32,000 nt of DNA from Planctopirus limnophila DSM 3776. Lineage in GTDB: Bacteria > Planctomycetota > Planctomycetia > Planctomycetales > Planctomycetaceae. The stretch lies in NCBI RefSeq assembly GCF_000092105.1, contig NC_014148.1, positions 2,490,001-2,522,000 of the forward strand, read 5' to 3'. Shown here piece after piece: positions 27,195-32,000 of the stretch. Below the pieces are notes generated by a model, which saw only the letters and a list, made by a program, of their open reading frames with translations, made no database searches and was not told the DNA's origin. Both the position numbers and the translations under genes were made by a program. The stretch's first letter is position 1, and every line of letters begins with the position of its first letter.

Positions 27195-27422
27195 ACTGAT
27201 TACCCGTCTTAGGAACTCACGTCGGCTGGTCACACTGACCAGTCCGTGAAGACTTCCCGAGCCTGTTATGGTTGTTGAATGATGATCAATTCAGCCGATC
27301 CTCACGAGGATCAAGCTGACGAAGCTCGCCAATGGAGAGCTCGCCCTTCACATTTTCCATCAGAGTGTAACTGGTTGCTCTCAGACAATGAATCCACGAA
27401 CCAGTCCGGCTGGCACTGTCGT

Positions 27423-28721
27423 TCATTTTGACGGGCTGCGGCTCGATTCGCGAATGGCGTAAAGATTGGAAAACGTTCTCAGATAAAGAGTTCCGTTCGA
27501 AATCACTGGTGAAGACGAAATCGATTCCGGGATCTCGTTTTCAGCAACAACTTCAAATTTCCGACCTGTCTTTACGACGGTCACTTTGCCATCGCGTGCC
27601 GTGAGATAGATATGGCCATCGGCATACACAGGCGACGCCCGGTGTCTTTGCCGATGTGTCCGCTCAAAGTAGACCTCTTTGCCCGTATCCGCTTCCAGCA
27701 CATTGAGATTCCCGTCGTGCATGCACAGGTAGACCAGCCCATCCAGAATCAGCGGTGAAGGAACATCAGGTGTTCTTTCCCATTGCCACAGATGGGCTTC
27801 GGTTTTGAACAGGTCTTTGCCGGGCTTGGGCTTAATGCCCATCACCGGGCCTCGTTTTGCCGTTGGAATGACCAGTAAATCCCCAGCAGCAACGGGTGAT
27901 GCCACAAACCGAAGTGTGCGATCGTATTTCGCAGTGGGGTTCAGTCCGCTCATCCGCCAGACTTCACTCCCATCGGTCAGCCTGTGCCCTACGGTGTAGT
28001 CGGCTCCGTGGGTCACCAGCACGGTTCCATCACCTTCTCCAAAAAATACGGGAGAGGCATAAGAATGTTCGTTTTCATCGCTGCCATCGCTCGGTCGATC
28101 GACAGCCCATTTTTCTGTGCCGGTCAGTGCATCCATAGCCACGATGCGTGCTTCACGGGTTTTCGGATTCCCATCACCATGCAGCAGTTGGAGGTAAAGC
28201 ACACCATTTCGTAAGAGTGGTGTGGAACTCATGCCAAATTGAATGTTGAACTTCCCATATCGATCCTGGACATTGAACTTCCAGACTTCTTTGCCGTCCA
28301 CAGTCAGGCAGGCCAGCGTTCCATCACCAAAAAATGCCCAGACACGCTGGCCATCAGTCACAGGAGAAGGAGAGGCTGCGTTTCCTTCGTCTCCGCGTGC
28401 AGTCAGAGTGCTATTGGATACCGTCTTCACCCATTGCACAGCACCATCTTTGGTACTCAGCCCCAAGACCTGAAGATCTCCACTCTCGGTGACCGTGGTG
28501 AGGAAAATCTGATGGCCCCAGACGACAGGCGTCGAACCCGCTGGCCCTGGCAGGGGAGTTTTCCACAAGACGTTCTTGTCCGCAGACCAAGTGGTCGCAA
28601 TATTTTTTTCGGAAGAGATTCCGTTATTGAGAGGCCCACGCCAATTCGGCCAGTCTTCTGCAACAAGTGAAGCACCGCTCAGCAGCAGGGCAACACTTGC
28701 CAGAGAGCCGAGTTTTGCCAT
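27423..28721 (-). CDS. Exported PQQ-like beta-propeller repeat protein
   Basis: ORF 27423..28835 trimmed to ATG 28721 (MAKLGSLASVALLLSGASLVAEDWPNWRGP). It combines a signal peptide, the DWPNWRGP motif common in planctomycete PQQ-like propellers, and repeated G..Y..D/G..V.A.D..TGKE.W blades. Confidence 0.8.
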   Translation of the reverse strand: MAKLGSLASVALLLSGASLVAEDWPNWRGPLNNGISSEKNIATTWSADKNVLWKTPLPGPAGSTPVVWGHQIFLTTVTESGDLQVLGLSTKDGAVQWVKTVSNSTLTARGDEGNAASPSPVTDGQRVWAFFGDGTLACLTVDGKEVWKFNVQDRYGKFNIQFGMSSTPLLRNGVLYLQLLHGDGNPKTREARIVAMDALTGTEKWAVDRPSDGSDENEHSYASPVFFGEGDGTVLVTHGADYTVGHRLTDGSEVWRMSGLNPTAKYDRTLRFVASPVAAGDLLVIPTAKRGPVMGIKPKPGKDLFKTEAHLWQWERTPDVPSPLILDGLVYLCMHDGNLNVLEADTGKEVYFERTHRQRHRASPVYADGHIYLTARDGKVTVVKTGRKFEVVAENEIPESISSSPVISNGTLYLRTFSNLYAIRESSRSPSK

Positions 28722-29261
28722 GCAGGAAGATCCAACTTGCGAGAAAAATGACAGGAGCCCACGATCAGTTTTGACGTACTTCACAGCAGAACCTTCTTCG
28801 AAGTGACAACATTTCGGCGTCATGCGTGTCCTCACAAATATCTCGAGATAAATATCTCAGATCTTTTTGCGATTCGATACATCAGAACGAGAATTCCCCT
28901 CAGATGAAAGCCGTCACTTCGCTGCCAGAAAGGAGATTGCCTCCTGATTGCCTTCCGTGAACAAGCGGCTTATGCCTCGATGATGACGACGAGTGAGTTT
29001 TTGCTGGCGATCATCTTGCTCTTGAACAACTTTGCCGCCTTTCGAGATCTTTAGAGAAAAAAGGGGCGAACATCGTTCTTTTCGACCACTGATTCATTTG
29101 AGCACTGAATCGTTTCTGAGCAAATTCTTCATGGCTCCGTAACTTTTTCTCAATCGGAATGACCGCTGCGATCGATACATGCCCTACGGGGCGATCGGAA
29201 GTCACCCGCTGAGCCGACAGGTTCAAAAGCCTGTCAGGCGGCAGAAGAAGGATGGAATCGC

Positions 29262-29945
29262 ATGAGTCCCTGCCAAAACTGCCATGCCGGCTGCTGTCGC
29301 AGTTTTGCAGTTTCCATCACGGGAGCGGATATCATCCGCATCGAACGTGATCTCAAACTCAATTTCTGGGATTTCGTCTGCCGTTGGGAAGATCGCGAAG
29401 GGCTCATCACGCGCGGGCAGGCTCCACAGTTTTATTTTGACGATGAGCCAGAAGTTCCCTTTGCCATCTGCCTGATGCACAGTCAGAGCCAGTTTTTCCC
29501 ACAATCGACCAAATGTCGATTTCTCATGGAAGGCGCACCGGATCGAGATTTCCCTCTCGGTGAAGCCCGATGTGGCATTTATGGCTCTCGACCATCGGCC
29601 TGCCGAATTTTTCCGACGAGACTGAGTTCATCGGGGCAGATCGCGGAAATTTACGACATCCCCTCACATGGTCGTCACGAACAGTTGCCAATCTACGAAC
29701 TGTGTCCACGCCCATGGATCCCTGCCGATCTTGACCCGGTTCAAACCGTGGAAGATCTGGTCATCGCTCGCTTTGAACAGCTTTTTTTCCAGCAGCTGGC
29801 CAGAGTCTGGAATAAGTCTCCCCAAAGCTGGGCTTCGTTTCCGGACTTCATCCGCTTTGTTTATGAGAAACGACTGATCCGAAAAACGGCCGACGAACTG
29901 GAAGCCGAAATTCCCGCCACGATCCCTTTTTTCCGGGCGGCGTAA
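29262..29945 (+). CDS. YkgJ/UPF0153-like cysteine-cluster (putative Zn/Fe-chelating) protein
   Basis: N-terminal CQNCHAGCC cluster plus downstream Cys residues (KCRFL, ARCGIYGSRPSACRIFP), typical of the family. AAGGA lies upstream of ATG 29262. Confidence 0.7.
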   Translation: MSPCQNCHAGCCRSFAVSITGADIIRIERDLKLNFWDFVCRWEDREGLITRGQAPQFYFDDEPEVPFAICLMHSQSQFFPQSTKCRFLMEGAPDRDFPLGEARCGIYGSRPSACRIFPTRLSSSGQIAEIYDIPSHGRHEQLPIYELCPRPWIPADLDPVQTVEDLVIARFEQLFFQQLARVWNKSPQSWASFPDFIRFVYEKRLIRKTADELEAEIPATIPFFRAA

Positions 29946-30138
29946 TCCATCAACTTCGCACCGGCGGGCGGCCCTTTCGTGCTGATTACTGGCGAATTGG
30001 GCTCGTGCAGCCGAAGCGGGCTCAATCTTGCCAGCTGATGATTCAACTCAATGTCGCATGCCAAAAAGCGACATGTTGCAGGCAAGTATCGAAAATGTCA
30101 TCCTTCCCGAATCTCAATTCAATCGAAGGGAAGCGGAC

Positions 30139-30615
30139 ATGCCAACACATCGATTTCGAATGATTCCTGCATTTCTCATGGGGATCATCATCGGACTGAC
30201 AGGATTCAGCCCACTGTTTGCAGAAGAACTATCCAGCGAAGAAGAGTGCCGTCAGGCCGTTCAACTCGCCATGAATGCTCTTCAGGAAGGCAATATCCGT
30301 GAGTTTATTGCTGCTATTGAGAATTCCTCAGGTGAAGTGAACGAAGAAAAGCGACTTCGATTTGACGCCCTCACACAAAAGATCCATCAGGAAAAGATCA
30401 AACTGGCAGCACGTTATGGCGAACCGCTCGGAAAAGTCGAATTGCTGAAGACTGAGAAAATCTCGGATCGATTCATCCGCTACACAGTTCTCGAATATCA
30501 CGAACGCTCAGCAGCTGTCTTTCGCATCACTTATTACCGACCACGCGAAAACTGGACATTTCACTTCCTGAACTGGACTGACGATCTCAACTCGCTCTAC
30601 GAGAAGGCTCCCTGA
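30139..30615 (+). CDS. Hypothetical small exported protein
   Basis: ORF 30028..30615 trimmed to ATG 30139 (MPTHRFRMIPAFLMGIIIGLTGFSPLFAEE signal/anchor), with AAGGGAAG upstream. 158 aa, no recognisable motif. Confidence 0.6.
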   Translation: MPTHRFRMIPAFLMGIIIGLTGFSPLFAEELSSEEECRQAVQLAMNALQEGNIREFIAAIENSSGEVNEEKRLRFDALTQKIHQEKIKLAARYGEPLGKVELLKTEKISDRFIRYTVLEYHERSAAVFRITYYRPRENWTFHFLNWTDDLNSLYEKAP

Positions 30616-30824
30616 ACGTAATCCCATCACAATTGACGGCCTTCGAGACCACACAAAAGGCCTTCATCCGTGTGATTCGCCCTGTCCATTGGGCCAATCT
30701 TTCAACAGCCAATTGAACGTCATGACGAGTTCTGTTTACATATTAGATTCATTCACATCGACGCTCGGCACGAAATCAAAGAATCTGATCTCAACAATCA
30801 CATCTGATTATTAAGGGATATCGC

Positions 30825-31991
30825 ATGGGTGGAGGCGCACCTGCTGCGGCAGCCAAGTTCAGCACGATCCGATTGGGAGCGGGGGTCATCAAGGACTTCC
30901 CGATTAACAAACTGTTTCGGGCCATGGTCGATCTCAACAGCTCCGACTTGCACTTGCAGGTGGGCAAGCCCGCGATTCTCCGCATCAAAGGGGCATTGAA
31001 ACCTCTGGATATGCCTCCCATCACCGAAGAGCAGATGAAGGAACTCTGCTGGCCGCTGATGGACGAACGCAACCAGGAGATCTTCATGAACACGGGCGGT
31101 GCCGACTATGCCCATGTCGTCGAGTACAAGGGTGAGCCGTGGCGTTTCCGCGTGAACATGTTCATCCAGACTGGGAAGGTAGGGATGGTCAGTCGTAAGA
31201 TCGAGCGGTCGATCCCCAACTTCGAGGGGTTGTACCTCCCGCCGATCATGGAGGATCTCTGCCGGTACGACCAGGGGATGGTGCTGCTCGCCGGCGTGAC
31301 GGGTTCGGGCAAATCGACCACCATCGCGTCGATGCTCGACTGGATCAATCACAACTTCGGCAAGCACATCCTGACGATCGAAGATCCCGTCGAATTCGTG
31401 TATACGGCCGACAAAAGCCTGATCAACCAGCGGGAAATCGGCCCCGATGTCTGCGATTTCCACACCGCGATGAAGCATGCCGTGCGGCAAGACCCCGACA
31501 TCATGCTGGTGGGTGAGTTGCGCGACCGGGACACGTTCGAGACCGCCATCCATGCGGCAGAAACGGGCCACCTTGTATACGGCACGATCCACGCCTCGTC
31601 GGCTCCCTCGACGATCGGCCGTATTCTCGACCTGTTCCCGCAAAGCATGCACTCGGCGATCCGTTCGTCGATGGGCTTCAACATGAAGGCGATCGTCGCC
31701 CAGAAGCTGCTCCCCACGATTCGCGACAAACCCAAGCGCGTCCCCATCTGCGAGGTAATGCTGTTCAACGGCACCGTCCGCAAGCTGATCCTCGAAGAGC
31801 AGGATGAAAAACTGCCCGCCGCCATGCGGATCGGCAAGGCCGACGGCATGCAGTTGTTCAACGACAGCCTGTACCACTTCATCACGCAGGAATACGTGAG
31901 CCGGGCGGAGGCTTTTGAGATCAGCCCCAACGTGGAAGAGCTCAAAATGATGCTCAAGGGGATCGATGTGAAGGGCCCCGGGATTCTATAA
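30825..31991 (+). CDS. pilT: Type IV pilus retraction ATPase, PilT family
   Basis: SDLHLQVGKPAILRIKG N-domain, Walker A GVTGSGKSTT, ILTIEDPVEFVY, VGELRDRDT, HLVYGTIHASS His box, and a GTVRKLILEE segment at the position of the PilT AIRNLIRE motif. AAGGGA RBS. About 30-aa Gly/Ala-rich N-terminal extension. Confidence 0.9.
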   Translation: MGGGAPAAAAKFSTIRLGAGVIKDFPINKLFRAMVDLNSSDLHLQVGKPAILRIKGALKPLDMPPITEEQMKELCWPLMDERNQEIFMNTGGADYAHVVEYKGEPWRFRVNMFIQTGKVGMVSRKIERSIPNFEGLYLPPIMEDLCRYDQGMVLLAGVTGSGKSTTIASMLDWINHNFGKHILTIEDPVEFVYTADKSLINQREIGPDVCDFHTAMKHAVRQDPDIMLVGELRDRDTFETAIHAAETGHLVYGTIHASSAPSTIGRILDLFPQSMHSAIRSSMGFNMKAIVAQKLLPTIRDKPKRVPICEVMLFNGTVRKLILEEQDEKLPAAMRIGKADGMQLFNDSLYHFITQEYVSRAEAFEISPNVEELKMMLKGIDVKGPGIL

Positions 31992-32000
31992 GAGCTTCCA

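Noticed and set aside
27195-27233. Twin-arginine-like motif TSRREFLRR at the 5' extension of the bioB ORF (GTG 27233).
   Set aside because: BioB is a cytoplasmic radical-SAM enzyme. The following segment (VISMSAVESVSMSATGSS) is not a hydrophobic h-region. The extension starts at a GTG, and in-frame ATGs at 27194 and 27170 give a normal BioB N-terminus. It is most likely untranslated.
29011-29504. Minus-strand ORFs 29011..29226 (TTG start) and 29223..29504.
   Set aside because: The second is antisense to the well-supported YkgJ-like gene. The first has a TTG start, no RBS and no motif, and sits in the divergent promoter region.

Overview
Probable Planctomycetota (Planctomycetaceae-like) chromosomal segment, about 50% GC by hand counts of sample lines. 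It holds 23 well-supported protein genes and one weak small ORF. I saw no rRNA, tRNA, CRISPR array, transposase or integrase. Left to right: (1) a chemosensory module, made of a 5'-truncated soluble GAF-GAF-PAS-PAS MCP followed by cheY, cheB and cheR joined by ATGA overlaps; (2) a PAS-GAF-DHp-like-REC protein with no kinase ATPase domain; (3) a same-strand minus array tadA/cpaF -> tadB -> tadC -> sigma-54 NtrC-type response regulator -> BBP7-like beta-barrel OMP, with no pilin, prepilin peptidase or secretin; (4) a GH57 glucan enzyme, mobA, and a type III glutamine synthetase with a candidate -24/-12 promoter; (5) two exported alpha/beta hydrolases flanking a DUF606/DMT permease; (6) folP, then bioB with a coupled 83-codon ORF; (7) an exported PQQ-like beta-propeller, a YkgJ-type Cys-cluster protein, a small exported protein and a GC-rich pilT. 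The most unusual element is 24811..25443. It encodes a secreted 210-aa protein with a GAGGAGG RBS and a canonical terminator. The protein is almost entirely Cys/Ala/Pro repeats ((S/T)CAAP and CAP, 29 Cys after the signal peptide), arranged in two blocks bracketed by CC doublets and split by a Lys/Arg-rich linker. I cannot assign it to any family I know. The rest is ordinary housekeeping and signalling content with some atypical architectures. All calls come from motif recognition in the supplied translations and reading the DNA by eye; no searches were run.
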